A DNA stretch of 64,000 bases from Polyangiaceae bacterium (GTDB lineage: Bacteria > Myxococcota_A > Polyangia > Polyangiales > Polyangiaceae): the NCBI GenBank assembly GCA_020849655.1, contig JADLFU010000133.1, positions 40,142 through 104,141 of the forward strand, written 5' to 3'. Shown in pieces: positions 36,685 to 46,608 of this stretch; position 1 is the stretch's first letter, and every line of letters starts with the position of its first letter. The notes beneath the pieces were generated by a model. It did no database searches and was not told where the DNA came from. It saw only the letters and a list, made by a program, of their open reading frames with translations. The position numbers were made by a program, and so were the translations under genes.

Positions 36685-37667
36685 TCGATCGCCGCGCGCT
36701 CTTGCTCGGGCTCGTCGCGAGCGCCGCGGGCTGCGCGAGCGGCCCCTTGCCCCTGCCCGCGCCGATCCCGCCGCGGCCGCTCACGCTGCGACCCGTCGTC
36801 GGCCTCGCGCCCGCGGGGGGCCTGTCGTGGATGATCACCGCGCGCCCCGCCGAGCTGCTGCGTGACGCCCGCGCGAGGGCCGCGCTGCACCAGATCGCGA
36901 CGCCCGCCCGGCTCGATCAGCTCGCGGCGCACCTCGGCCTCGACGTGCGCTCGGCCGATCACCTCGTCCACGCGCGCTACGGTGAGGCGTCGCTCACGCT
37001 CTTGGACGCGCCGCACGATCAGCGCGCGGCGGTCGCGCGGTTCACCGAGCGGCTGTCGAGCGCGCCCGCGCGGGTGGTCGACGATCCGCGGATCGACTGG
37101 ATCTCCGGGAAGATCGGCGCCGAGCCGCGCGCCTTCGCCGATCTCGAGGGGCAGATCGCCCTCTTCGAGGCGGGGCCGCCGCTGCCGCTCCGCGCGGCGC
37201 TCGGGTTCGCGCGGGGCAAGCTGAAGCGCGCGAGGCCCGCGCTCGACGCGCCGCCGCTCGACGCGCTCGCGCCGCTGCTCGCCTCGGCCCCGGTGGCGGT
37301 CTACCTGCCTCGCCGCGCGGCGGAGGCGTGGGCCGACGGCAAGCACGCGCTGCTCGACGAGGCAGACGCCGTCGGGATCGGCCTCTCGCCCGCGCCAGGG
37401 GGCGCGCGCCTCGAGGTCATCGTCACGGGAGATTTCTCGGGGCACGTGGAGCCTGCGCAGGCCCGCCTCGCGGCGATCGTCGAGCGCGTCGCGGGCTCGC
37501 CGCTCGGGCACCTGCTCGGGCTCGACGCGCCCGAGGCGCCGGACGAGGCGTCGGCGACGACCGCGGCCTTGCGCCTCGCGCGCACCGTCTCGTGGGAGCG
37601 CCTCGGCGACGGGCTGCGCGCGGCCGTCGTCTCGGAGCTGCCCGAGCTGTTCGGCCCGAAGCGGTGA
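36681..37667 (+). CDS. hypothetical lipoprotein
   Basis: GTG 36681 overlaps the tyrS TGA (GTGA). VIDRRALLLGLVASAAGC lipobox. No recognised family. Confidence 0.65.
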   Translation: MIDRRALLLGLVASAAGCASGPLPLPAPIPPRPLTLRPVVGLAPAGGLSWMITARPAELLRDARARAALHQIATPARLDQLAAHLGLDVRSADHLVHARYGEASLTLLDAPHDQRAAVARFTERLSSAPARVVDDPRIDWISGKIGAEPRAFADLEGQIALFEAGPPLPLRAALGFARGKLKRARPALDAPPLDALAPLLASAPVAVYLPRRAAEAWADGKHALLDEADAVGIGLSPAPGGARLEVIVTGDFSGHVEPAQARLAAIVERVAGSPLGHLLGLDAPEAPDEASATTAALRLARTVSWERLGDGLRAAVVSELPELFGPKR

Positions 37668-37710
37668 AACCCACGGAGCCGAGCTATGCTCCGCCCCCAC
37701 AGCCTGCCTC

Positions 37711-38754
37711 ATGGGATCGATCAACCTCTCCAGCCCCATCGCCATCGCCCTGGTCGTCCTCGGCCTCGGGCTCCTGATGGTGGTGCACGAGGCCGGGCAC
37801 TACCTCGCGGCGCGCTATTTCGGCATGCGAGTCACCAAGTTCAGCATCGGGATGCCCCCGGTGCTGTTTCGCCTGCAGCCGAAGGACAGCCCGACCACGT
37901 TCCAGATCGGGGCGATCCCGTTCATGGCGTACGTCCAGATCGCGGGGATGAACCCGCTCGAGGAGCACGACAAGAAGGACAAGGGCAGCTACGCGAACGC
38001 GAGCCTCCTCGGGCGCATCGTCACCATCTTCGCCGGGCCGCTCGCCAACTACCTCGTCGCGTCGGTGCTGTTCTTCGTGTCGCTGATGGCGACCGGCGAG
38101 CGCCTGCCGACGACCCGCGTCGAGCCGATGCCCGACAGCCCCGCGGCGAAGGCCGGGTTCGTCGCCGGCGACAAGGTGCTCGAGGTCGAGGGCGTCGCCA
38201 TCAAGGAGTGGGACGAGTTTCGCAAGGCCGTCGCGGCGCGCCCGGAGCAGCTGACGCGCGTGCTCGTCCAGCGCGGAGACGAGCGGGTGACGATCGAGGT
38301 CACGCCGAAGCGAGAGGGAGATCAGGGCCGCATCGGCGCCCGCTACATCGAGGACGTCCGCCCGATGGAGGTGAAGAAGGCGCTGAAGGCCTCCGTGCTC
38401 CTGCCGCCGATGGTCGTCTCCGAGCTCGTGCGCGGCGTCGTCCGCATGGTGAAGGATCGCAAGCTCGAGCTCGGCGGCCCGGTGGCCATCGCGAAGGAGG
38501 GCGCGCGCGCCGTCCACCGGGGCGCGGGCGACTACCTGTGGTTCCTCGCGATCATCTCGGCCAACCTGGCGGGGTTCAACCTCCTGCCCTTCCCCGCGCT
38601 CGACGGGGGGCGCCTGCTGTTCCTCGGCTACGAGGCGGTGTCGCGGAGGCGCCCGGACGCCATGGTGGAGGCGCAGGTGCACGTGGTAGGATTGTTCATG
38701 TTGCTGGCGTTGATGGTGTTCGTGACGTTCGGCGACGTCATGGGCAAGCACTGA
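37711..38754 (+). CDS. rseP: RIP site-2 metalloprotease RseP (M50)
   Basis: HEAGHYLAARYFGM zinc motif in TM1, PDZ segment (PDSPAAKAGFVAGDKVLEVEG), NLAGFNLLPFPALDGG. Confidence 0.9.
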   Translation: MGSINLSSPIAIALVVLGLGLLMVVHEAGHYLAARYFGMRVTKFSIGMPPVLFRLQPKDSPTTFQIGAIPFMAYVQIAGMNPLEEHDKKDKGSYANASLLGRIVTIFAGPLANYLVASVLFFVSLMATGERLPTTRVEPMPDSPAAKAGFVAGDKVLEVEGVAIKEWDEFRKAVAARPEQLTRVLVQRGDERVTIEVTPKREGDQGRIGARYIEDVRPMEVKKALKASVLLPPMVVSELVRGVVRMVKDRKLELGGPVAIAKEGARAVHRGAGDYLWFLAIISANLAGFNLLPFPALDGGRLLFLGYEAVSRRRPDAMVEAQVHVVGLFMLLALMVFVTFGDVMGKH

Positions 38755-38778
38755 GCCGCGCTCCCCCCGGCGGGGCCG

Positions 38779-39321
38779 TCAGCCAGCCAGCCGCGCCTCC
38801 GCGTACGCGCGCACGTCGCGCGGCCAGCGCGAGACGAGCGAGGTGAAGCGCCCGATCTCACCCGCGTAGAGCGCGCGGCACGCCTCCTCGAAACCCGGTC
38901 GATCGCCGGCGATCGCCGTCAGCACCCGCGCGAGCGCGGCGCGAGAGAGGCGCGCGCGCTCGCCCTCCGGGTCGGCCTTCATCGCCTGCTCGACGAGGCG
39001 CCGCAGCGACGCCGACGCGCCGCTCGGCTGCTGGTCGAGCCAGTCCCAGTGACGGGGGAGCAGCGTCACCTCGCGGCCCGTGACGCCCAGCCGAGGACGG
39101 CCGGGGCCGCGCGGCGCCTCGGGCTCGGCCCGCGCCAGCGCCTCCCCGAGCGAGCCTCGCAGATCGAACTCCACCTGGCGGCCCGTCTCTCGCTCGAACA
39201 CCAGCGCGAGCTCGGCGCGCCCGGCGTCGAACCGCTGCTTCAAGGCGGGCAGCACCTCGGGGAGCGAGCCCTCCGCCACCCGGCGGGCCCCGACGAAGGC
39301 GACGTACGTGAGGGGTTGCAT
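38779..39321 (-). CDS. conserved hypothetical protein (resembles the DUF2239 type, from memory)
   Basis: MQPLTYVAFVGARRVAEGSLPEVL...FDLRGS...; good GC3 bias; family name is a weak recollection. Confidence 0.65.
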   Translation of the reverse strand: MQPLTYVAFVGARRVAEGSLPEVLPALKQRFDAGRAELALVFERETGRQVEFDLRGSLGEALARAEPEAPRGPGRPRLGVTGREVTLLPRHWDWLDQQPSGASASLRRLVEQAMKADPEGERARLSRAALARVLTAIAGDRPGFEEACRALYAGEIGRFTSLVSRWPRDVRAYAEARLAG

Positions 39322-39327
39322 GCGCCC

Positions 39328-39355
39328 CTGATATCACCCGGATAAATCCTGTCAA
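39328..39355 (-). promoter_or_regulatory. sigma-70-like promoter predicting a leaderless mRNA for 38779..39321
   Basis: On the minus strand: TTGACA (39355-39350), 16-nt spacer, TATCAG (39333-39328), then 6 nt to ATG (39321). Embedded in the most AT-rich stretch of this neighbourhood. Confidence 0.4.
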
Positions 39356-39380
39356 GATTCATCCTGGTAAAAACTCGTGC

Positions 39381-40367
39381 TCACCTGTGCTCGATGTCGG
39401 CCGCCGTGCAGTCCGCGGGGGCGGTCCTCGGGTTGCAGCGGGCGGGCGCGCCGCCCGGCAGGCGCAGCGTCCGGGTCGGATCGGGCGCGTCGGCCGGGTA
39501 GTCGGTGCTGACGAAGTGCGCGCCGCTCGCCGCCGCGACGTCGTTGTCGGCGGGAGGCCCATCGAGCGACGTGCCGAAGACGCGCACCAGCATCCCGGCC
39601 GAGAGCGCGGCGTCGATGGCCGTGGCGTCGCGGGGATCGTTGACGATGGCGAGGGCGGCGTACGGATCGGCGGGCGCCGACTCGATGAAGCAGAGGCGGT
39701 CGTCGAGGCCGACGCCGCCGTGCGTGTACGCGTCGCGCAGCGGGCCGTCCTCGTCGAGCCCGAAGAAGATCTTCTGGCGCGTCTCGCCGAGCGTCGGCCA
39801 GCCGCGGGCGGCGACGGCCTCCCGGAGCGTGGGCGCGTCGCCCCGGACGCCGGCCGGCGTGACGACGCGCGACGGCGGCCACACCGACGCGATCTCCGCG
39901 TGCAGCGCGGCGAAGGACACGTCGGAGTTCTTCACTGTGAACCCCGACTTCAGCTCCATCTGCACATAGAGCGCGAGGTGCCCCGGGTGCGCGTCCGACC
40001 AGCGCCTCAGCGTGGTCAGGCACTCGACGAGCGTCGCGCAGGTGCTGGTCTCGTCGAGGTAGTCGAGGTGGTGCACCCGGATGGGCTCGCCCTCGCCCAC
40101 CCAGTGCACGTCGAGCTCGACGCTGCGCACGCCGTCCTGCTCGAGCTGCGCGTCGAGCGGGGGCATCGTGTACTTCCAGTCGGGGAGCGTGTTGCCAGGT
40201 GTCTCGACGTGGTAGCTGTTGTGTGTTGCCTTCCACTGGGCGTCCGCGAGCGTCAGGGATGCATCCTTCGGGTAGACGGGCGCACCTGGCGCGATCGGCG
40301 GGTCGGCGTCGCCGCCGCACGCGCAGAGGGAGAGGGCGGCGAGCCAGAGGAGCGAGGGGCGCACCAT
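39381..40367 (-). CDS. PLC-like phosphodiesterase lipoprotein (PI-PLC X-domain-like)
   Basis: LSLCAC lipobox. WKATHNSYH...VRSVELDVHW...HLALYVQMELK resembles the catalytic TIM barrel of bacterial PI-specific phospholipase C. Confidence 0.7.
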   Translation of the reverse strand: MVRPSLLWLAALSLCACGGDADPPIAPGAPVYPKDASLTLADAQWKATHNSYHVETPGNTLPDWKYTMPPLDAQLEQDGVRSVELDVHWVGEGEPIRVHHLDYLDETSTCATLVECLTTLRRWSDAHPGHLALYVQMELKSGFTVKNSDVSFAALHAEIASVWPPSRVVTPAGVRGDAPTLREAVAARGWPTLGETRQKIFFGLDEDGPLRDAYTHGGVGLDDRLCFIESAPADPYAALAIVNDPRDATAIDAALSAGMLVRVFGTSLDGPPADNDVAAASGAHFVSTDYPADAPDPTRTLRLPGGAPARCNPRTAPADCTAADIEHR

Positions 40368-42738
40368 GCGCCCGAGCGTACACCGGGCGCGCTGGACGGG
40401 CCGATCGCGCGCGCGCTACTGTCCGGCCGTGCCCACGGCGCGCGATCCGTCCGTCCACCGCGCGCGTCGCGCGTCGCGCCTCTGGGCGGGGTCGCTCGTC
40501 GTGGCGCTGGCGTCGGGCTGCGGACCGAGCGCGCCCCGGTCGGCGGCGAAGGCGCCTCGCGCGGCCGCGTCGCTCGATCTCGCGCGGCTCGCCGACGACG
40601 TCGGGCGAGGCGCCCCGCCGATCCGGCCGATCTGGCCCACGCTCCCGGAGGACACGCGGCGCGCCATCGAGCAGCGGCTCTCGCGGTTCGCGTCGCCCGA
40701 GCAGCGGCTCGCCGAGCTCGACCGGCGGGGCACGGCGCTCGATCTGCGCGACGACGCGGGCGCGATGGCCCTCGCCGAGCAGATCTACCTGCTGGAGAGC
40801 CTCGCGTTCGGGCCGCCGTCGGCCTCGCGCACCCAGGCCCTCTCGAGGCTCGCCGCGCTCTTCGGCGTCACCGAGCGGATGAGCGAGCTGTCTCGATGGG
40901 CCGAGCGCGTCGCGCGGAGCCTGGGCGCGCCGGAGAGACAGGGCGCGCTCGCGCCCTTCGTGCGCGCGCTCACCGAGGGAGGCGAGCTGCACCGGGCGTA
41001 CGTGGCCGAGACGCTGCGGGCCGGCGCGCCTGACCAGGCGGTCGCGCGCGCGCTGCTCTCCCACGCCTGGTACGTGCAGACGAAGGACGATCTCGAGCGG
41101 GCGCGCTCGCTCCGCGAGGCGGCGGTGCGCGTCGATCCCGAGCAGCCCGCCGCGGTGTGGATCACGCTCGGGAGCACGTACGCCGCCACGCTCGACCCGG
41201 ATGGCGCGACCCTCGCGCGGCAGCGCGCCGAGGGGGCCCCCCCGGGCGACCTCACGCCGAAGAAGCTCGTCGAGCGGCTCGCCGAGCTCGATCGCGCGAT
41301 CGCCCGCGCCCGGGAGGTGAAGGCGGCCGGCGCGCCGACGACGCCCGAGGCGCGGCTCGCGCTCGGCGTGGCGCTCAGCGAGATCGGCGCCGACGCGCGC
41401 GCGGCGCAGGTGCTGACGCAGGCCCGAGACGAGCTGCCGCGCGACGCGCGCCCGATCGTCGCCCTCGCGCGGCTCACGCTCCGGCGCGCGGGCGGCAAGG
41501 ATCTGAGCACCGTCGCGCGGCAGATCGGCCGGTCGCTCGACGTCGCCCGCCAGCTCGATCACCGAACGAGCGAGCTGTACGAGATCCTGATCGGTGTCTC
41601 CGGGCTGACGGCCGTCGAGGACGTGCTCGCCGGCGGCAAGGATCCGGCCGAGATCGCGCGGCGCGCCCGCCTGATGCTCGAGAGGCTGCGCGCGGCGAAC
41701 GGAGAGCACGCCGCGCTCGCGCCCGAGCGCGCCGCGGTGCTCGACGTCGTGCTCGGGCTGGGCGCGGCCGGCGTCGCGGAGGGGCCGGGCCTCGTCGAGG
41801 CGCTGCCGGCGCTCCTGCGCGACGCGCAGCCTCGTGCTCGCGAGGTGATGGCGCGTTACCCGACGGATCCTGCCGCGCGCGCGATCGGCGTGGGGCTCGC
41901 GGCGTTCGCGGCCGATCCCGCGGAGGCCTCGGCGCTCGTCCGCGCGCGGCCAGAGGTGCCCGATCCGCCCGCGCTCGTCGTCACCCGCGCCGAGATCGCG
42001 CTCGATCTCGCGCTCATGTCAGGCGAGGCCGCCGGGGTCGAGGCGGCGCGCGCGCTCGCGGACGAGCTCGCGGCGGGCGACGCGACGCTGGACGCGAGGA
42101 TCGCGGCGCTGCGCGGCGACGTGGAGGTGGTCCGCGCGCGCGCGGGCAAGGGCTCGCTCGCGGCCGCCGAGCGCCACTACCGGGACGCGCTGCGGGGGCT
42201 GCCACCGGGCGAGAAGACCCGCGTGAAGGCCAACCTCGCGTGGGTGCTCGCGGAGACGGGCCGCGTCGGCGAGTCGGCCGACGCCTACCGCGACGCGGTC
42301 AACACCGCGACGAGCGAGGCCAGCGCGGGCCTCGCGCTCGTCGCCATCGCGACGCTCGGGCTGGAGCGGCAGCCGGAGGACGCGCTCTCGCTCGCCGACA
42401 AGGCGCTCGCGCTCGACGCGGACAACACGATGGCGCGCCTCACCCGCGCGGTCGCCGAGCAGCGCCTCGGGAGGGTCGACGACGCGCGGGACGACGCGCG
42501 GCGCGCCTTCGCGCGCATCGATCGACAAGCGAAGGTGACGCCGCGCAGGCTCTGGGGTCAGACGGGCGCCTTCAGCGACGCGACGCTCGACTTCGAGCTC
42601 GGCATCGCCAGCGACAGCCCGCGGTACAACCTGCGCCTGTCGGCGTTTCATCGCGTGTGGTGGCTGCGGTTCGACTTTCGCCTCGACGAGCTCCGCGCGC
42701 TCTCGGGCTCGTCTCCTCCGGCCCCACGCGCCCGCTGA
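40366..42738 (+). CDS. large TPR/helical-repeat lipoprotein; start uncertain
   Basis: Lipobox LVVALASGC. ATG 40366 overlaps the divergent PLC start by 2 nt, so GTG 40429 (VPTARDPS...) is an alternative. All-helical Ala/Leu/Arg-rich repeats. Confidence 0.7.
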   Translation: MRPSVHRARWTGRSRARYCPAVPTARDPSVHRARRASRLWAGSLVVALASGCGPSAPRSAAKAPRAAASLDLARLADDVGRGAPPIRPIWPTLPEDTRRAIEQRLSRFASPEQRLAELDRRGTALDLRDDAGAMALAEQIYLLESLAFGPPSASRTQALSRLAALFGVTERMSELSRWAERVARSLGAPERQGALAPFVRALTEGGELHRAYVAETLRAGAPDQAVARALLSHAWYVQTKDDLERARSLREAAVRVDPEQPAAVWITLGSTYAATLDPDGATLARQRAEGAPPGDLTPKKLVERLAELDRAIARAREVKAAGAPTTPEARLALGVALSEIGADARAAQVLTQARDELPRDARPIVALARLTLRRAGGKDLSTVARQIGRSLDVARQLDHRTSELYEILIGVSGLTAVEDVLAGGKDPAEIARRARLMLERLRAANGEHAALAPERAAVLDVVLGLGAAGVAEGPGLVEALPALLRDAQPRAREVMARYPTDPAARAIGVGLAAFAADPAEASALVRARPEVPDPPALVVTRAEIALDLALMSGEAAGVEAARALADELAAGDATLDARIAALRGDVEVVRARAGKGSLAAAERHYRDALRGLPPGEKTRVKANLAWVLAETGRVGESADAYRDAVNTATSEASAGLALVAIATLGLERQPEDALSLADKALALDADNTMARLTRAVAEQRLGRVDDARDDARRAFARIDRQAKVTPRRLWGQTGAFSDATLDFELGIASDSPRYNLRLSAFHRVWWLRFDFRLDELRALSGSSPPAPRAR

Positions 42739-42771
42739 AGCGGGCACGCGCGCGGTGTACCCTCTCGATCG

Positions 42772-44532
42772 ATGGGCCTCCTGTCCTCGCTGTCGTCCTC
42801 GCTCGTCGAGCTGTCCCGGGCGTCGCGCGCGCTGCCGGACGTGCCGAAGATGCTGCCGTGGGGCGGCTGGGGCCCGTCGCGCCTGCTCGCCCGCAACGTC
42901 GCCGTCCGCCCGGACGCGGTCGCCTTGCTCTTCGAGGGCACGCGCGCGACGTGGCGCGACGTCGACGCCGCGTCGTCGCGGTGGGCGCGCGTGCTCGCGT
43001 CGCGCGGCGTGTCGAAGGGCGACGTCGTCGCGCTCGTGTTCGACAACCGCCCCGATCTCCTGTTCGCGCAGCTCGGGTGCGCGAAGCTCGGCGCCACGGC
43101 GGCCCTCGTGAACTCGACCCTCGCCGGCGCGCCCCTCTCGCACGCGCTCGCCGTCGCCGCGCCCACGCTCGTCGTCGCGGGCGTCGAGCACGAGGCCCGC
43201 GTGCGCGACGCGCTGCCCGAGGCCCGCGTGCTCCCCTCGCGCCTGCTCGTGAAGGCGGAGCCCGGTGAGCCACGCCCCGGCACCGTCGACGAGGAGCTCG
43301 CGGCGACGAGTTCGCGCGACGGCGACTGGGTGGCCCCTCGCGCGGAGGACCCCTCGTCGTACATCTACACGTCTGGCACGACCGGCCTGCCGAAGGCCGC
43401 CATCATCCGCAACCAGCGCGTGATGGGCGCGTCGCTGCTGTACGCGCGGGTCATCCACGAGCTGTCGCCGGGCGACGTGCTCATGGTCACGCTGCCGCTC
43501 TACCACTCGAACGCGCAGTGGATGGGCTGGGGCGCGTGCCTGGCCGCGGGGGCGACGATGGCGCTCTCGCGGCGGTTCTCCGCGCGCGCGTTCTTCGCGG
43601 ACGCGTCGCGCGCGGGCGCGACTCATTTTCTCTACATCGGCGAGATCTGCCGCTACCTGCTCCAGACGCCGGCGAGCCCGCACGATCGCGCCCATCGGCT
43701 GCGCGTCGGCGTCGGCAACGGGCTGCGCGCCGACGTGTGGGCGGCGTTTCAGGCGCGGTTCGGGGTGCCGGTGCTGCGCGAGTTCTACGGCGCCACCGAG
43801 GGCAACGCGCTGCTCGTGAACCTCGAGGGTCGCCCGGGGATGATCGGCCGCCTGCGCCCCGGCCAGCGCGTCATCGCGGCCGACGCGAGCACGGGCGCGC
43901 CGCTTCGCGGGCCTGACGGCGCGTGCCGCGACGTCGCGGTCGGCGAGACGGGGCTGCTGGTCGCGCGCATCTCGCGCCTCGTCGGCTTCGACGGGTACGT
44001 CGACGGCGCGGCGTCGCAGAAGAAGGTGCTCCGCGGGGTGAGCCGCCCGGGCGACGCGTACTTCGACTCGGGCGATCTCCTGACGCTGCACGCCGACCGC
44101 TGGGTGTCGTTCGCCGACCGCGTCGGCGACACGTTCCGCTGGAAGGGCGAGAACGTCTCGACCGGCGAGGTCGGCGCCGCGCTCGACCTCGCCCCCGGCG
44201 TGCTCGAGTCGACGGTGTACGGCGTCGCGGTGCCCGGCGCCGAGGGGCGCTGCGGCATGGCGAGCCTGCGCGTCGACGAGGCCTTCTCGCTCGACGCGTT
44301 CGCGCGCCACGTCGAGCGCCTGCCGGGGTATCAGCGGCCCTATTTTCTGCGCCTTCAGCGCGAGATCACCGTGACGGCGACCTTCAAGCAGAAGAAGGCG
44401 ACGCTGCGCGACGACGGCTACGATCCCTGCCGCTCGGACGATCCCCTGTTCTTCCTCGAGGGCGGCGCGTACCGCCCGATCGACGCCGCGCTCCACGCGA
44501 GGCTCGCGAGCGGCGAGGTCGGGCCGAGGTAG
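42772..44532 (+). CDS. FATP/very-long-chain acyl-CoA synthetase family protein
   Basis: AMP-binding YIYTSGTTGLPKAAI and the FATP-type motif FRWKGENVSTGEV. Confidence 0.88.
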   Translation: MGLLSSLSSSLVELSRASRALPDVPKMLPWGGWGPSRLLARNVAVRPDAVALLFEGTRATWRDVDAASSRWARVLASRGVSKGDVVALVFDNRPDLLFAQLGCAKLGATAALVNSTLAGAPLSHALAVAAPTLVVAGVEHEARVRDALPEARVLPSRLLVKAEPGEPRPGTVDEELAATSSRDGDWVAPRAEDPSSYIYTSGTTGLPKAAIIRNQRVMGASLLYARVIHELSPGDVLMVTLPLYHSNAQWMGWGACLAAGATMALSRRFSARAFFADASRAGATHFLYIGEICRYLLQTPASPHDRAHRLRVGVGNGLRADVWAAFQARFGVPVLREFYGATEGNALLVNLEGRPGMIGRLRPGQRVIAADASTGAPLRGPDGACRDVAVGETGLLVARISRLVGFDGYVDGAASQKKVLRGVSRPGDAYFDSGDLLTLHADRWVSFADRVGDTFRWKGENVSTGEVGAALDLAPGVLESTVYGVAVPGAEGRCGMASLRVDEAFSLDAFARHVERLPGYQRPYFLRLQREITVTATFKQKKATLRDDGYDPCRSDDPLFFLEGGAYRPIDAALHARLASGEVGPR

Positions 44533-44591
44533 CCACGCGAAGCCGTCACGGTTGAACGCGTGGCGCGCGGTCCGTACCGTGCGCCACCTCG

Positions 44592-46583
44592 ATGTCCTCC
44601 GACACGCCCGAGCAGTCCGACGCCGAGTTCCCGCTGAGCCAGGAGCCGCTGCGCGATCCGGCGGCCGTCGCCGCGCGCGACCGGGAGTGGCTGGAGAAGG
44701 TGTACCGCCGCGGCGAGGCGCAGCTCACCTTCCGCGCCGTCGCGTCGGGGATGATCCTGGGCGCGCTCCTGTCCGCGTCGAACCTCTACCTAGGCCTGAA
44801 GATCGGCTGGATCTTCGGCATGAGCATCACCTCGGCGATCCTGAGCTTCGCCATCTTCCGCGCGGCCTCGGGCGCCCTGCCCGGCGTGCGGCCGCTCACG
44901 ATGCTCGAGACGAACACGTCGCAGACGGCGGCGTCGGCCGCGGCGTACATGTGCGGCGCGGGGCTCGTCAGCTCCTTCCCGGCGCTCACGATGCTGCGCG
45001 CGGACGGCACCATCCCCGCGTCGACGCCGATGCTCGACGGCTGGCGGATGGCGCTCTGGCTGCTCGGGACGTCGCTGCTCGGGGTGCTGCTGGCGGTGCC
45101 GATGAAGCGCAGCCTGATCAACGCCGAGCAGCTGAAGTTCCCATCGGGCACGGTGTGCGCCGAGACGATCCGCACGCTGCACGCGGCGGGCAAGGGCGGC
45201 GTCGAGAAGGCGCGCGCGCTGCTCTACGCGGGCGTGTTCGCGGCGGCGTGGAAGTTCCTGTTCGACTGCAAGCTGTCGTTCCTCGCGAAGCTCCCGGAGG
45301 TCATCGCGATGCCGGGGACGCTGCGCGCGCTGCCGCTGTCGGCGTTCTCGTTCCAGATCAACACGTCGTTCCTGCTGTACACGGCCGGCGCGGTCATCGG
45401 GCTGAAGGTCGCGACCAGCCTCGCGCTCGGCGCGATCGTCAACTATGCGGGCCTCTTGCCGTGGCTGCTCGATCACGGCGCGATGGTGATCGCCCCGCCC
45501 GAGATCGCGCGAGACAAGGCGGCGTGGGCCGCGTTCGACGCGGCCGCGGCGGCGGAGCACGTGATCGCGGTGAAGAGCGCCGCGGGGCTCGCCGCGGCGA
45601 TGCGCGCGAAGTGGAGCGTGTGGCCCGGCACGGCGCTCATGGTGGCGTCGAGCCTCACCGGCTTCGCGTTCCGCTGGCGCACCGTGCTGCGCGCGTTCTC
45701 GGGGCTCGGGCGCGTCTTCGGCGTGAAGGCGGCGGCCGACCCGCTGGAGGCGGTGGAGGTGCCCGGCGCGTGGTTCGGCCCGGGCGTGCTCGTCATCGGC
45801 GCGCTCTGCGTGGCGATGCAGCGCGTCTGGTTCGACGTGCCGGTGATCATGGGCGTCGCGTCCGTGGTCGCGGCGTTCGCGCTCTGCGTCGTCGCCGCGC
45901 GCGCGACGGGCGAGACCGACGTCACGCCGATCGGCGCGATGGGCAAGATCACGCAGCTCCTGTTCGGCGGGCTCGTCCCCGGCAACGCCGCGGCGAACCT
46001 GATGACCGCGACGGTGACCGCCGGCAGCATCACGCACGCGGCCGACATGCTGCAGGAGGTCAAGACGGGCTACCTGCTCGGCGGCTCGCCGCGCAAGCAG
46101 TTCATCGCGCAGCTCTTCGGCGTGCTCGCGGGCGGCCTCGTGTGCGTGCCGGTGTACAGCCTCATCGCGAAGCCCGAGAAGATCGGCAACGAGCTCGCCG
46201 CGCCCGCGGCCTTCGCGTGGATGGGCGTCGCGAAGCTGCTGAAGGACGGCGTCGACAACCTCCCGCGCTACGCGCTCGTCGCGCTCGCCGTCGGCGCGGG
46301 CGTCGGCGTCGCGCTGGCCGTCGCCGAGGAGCTCCTGCCGAAGGCGGCGAAGGCGTGGCTCCCGAGCGCGACGGGCGTCGGTATCGCGCTCGTCATCGAC
46401 GCGAACGACAGCCTCGCGATGTTCGCGGGCGCGGTCGTCGCGTGGGCGTTCGCGCGGTGGCGGCGCGATCTGGCCGACAGGTTCACGATCAGCGTCGCCT
46501 CCGGCGCCATCGCGGGCGAGGGCCTGATGGGCATCCTCGTCATCGCGCTCCGAGACGTCCTGCACTGGCTGCCTCCCGGCTGA
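44592..46583 (+). CDS. OPT family oligopeptide transporter
   Basis: LTFRAVASGMILGALLSASNLYLGLKIGWIFGMSITSAILSFA... and multi-TM organisation typical of OPT. Confidence 0.9.
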   Translation: MSSDTPEQSDAEFPLSQEPLRDPAAVAARDREWLEKVYRRGEAQLTFRAVASGMILGALLSASNLYLGLKIGWIFGMSITSAILSFAIFRAASGALPGVRPLTMLETNTSQTAASAAAYMCGAGLVSSFPALTMLRADGTIPASTPMLDGWRMALWLLGTSLLGVLLAVPMKRSLINAEQLKFPSGTVCAETIRTLHAAGKGGVEKARALLYAGVFAAAWKFLFDCKLSFLAKLPEVIAMPGTLRALPLSAFSFQINTSFLLYTAGAVIGLKVATSLALGAIVNYAGLLPWLLDHGAMVIAPPEIARDKAAWAAFDAAAAAEHVIAVKSAAGLAAAMRAKWSVWPGTALMVASSLTGFAFRWRTVLRAFSGLGRVFGVKAAADPLEAVEVPGAWFGPGVLVIGALCVAMQRVWFDVPVIMGVASVVAAFALCVVAARATGETDVTPIGAMGKITQLLFGGLVPGNAAANLMTATVTAGSITHAADMLQEVKTGYLLGGSPRKQFIAQLFGVLAGGLVCVPVYSLIAKPEKIGNELAAPAAFAWMGVAKLLKDGVDNLPRYALVALAVGAGVGVALAVAEELLPKAAKAWLPSATGVGIALVIDANDSLAMFAGAVVAWAFARWRRDLADRFTISVASGAIAGEGLMGILVIALRDVLHWLPPG

Positions 46584-46608
46584 CGTGGAGGTGTGGCATG
46601 GAGCGCGG

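Noticed and set aside
40366-40428. ATG 40366 as the definite start of the TPR lipoprotein.
   Set aside because: It overlaps the divergent PLC-like gene start (CATG), which leaves no promoter space. In-frame GTG 40429 still precedes the lipobox. I kept the long coordinates but flagged the start as uncertain.
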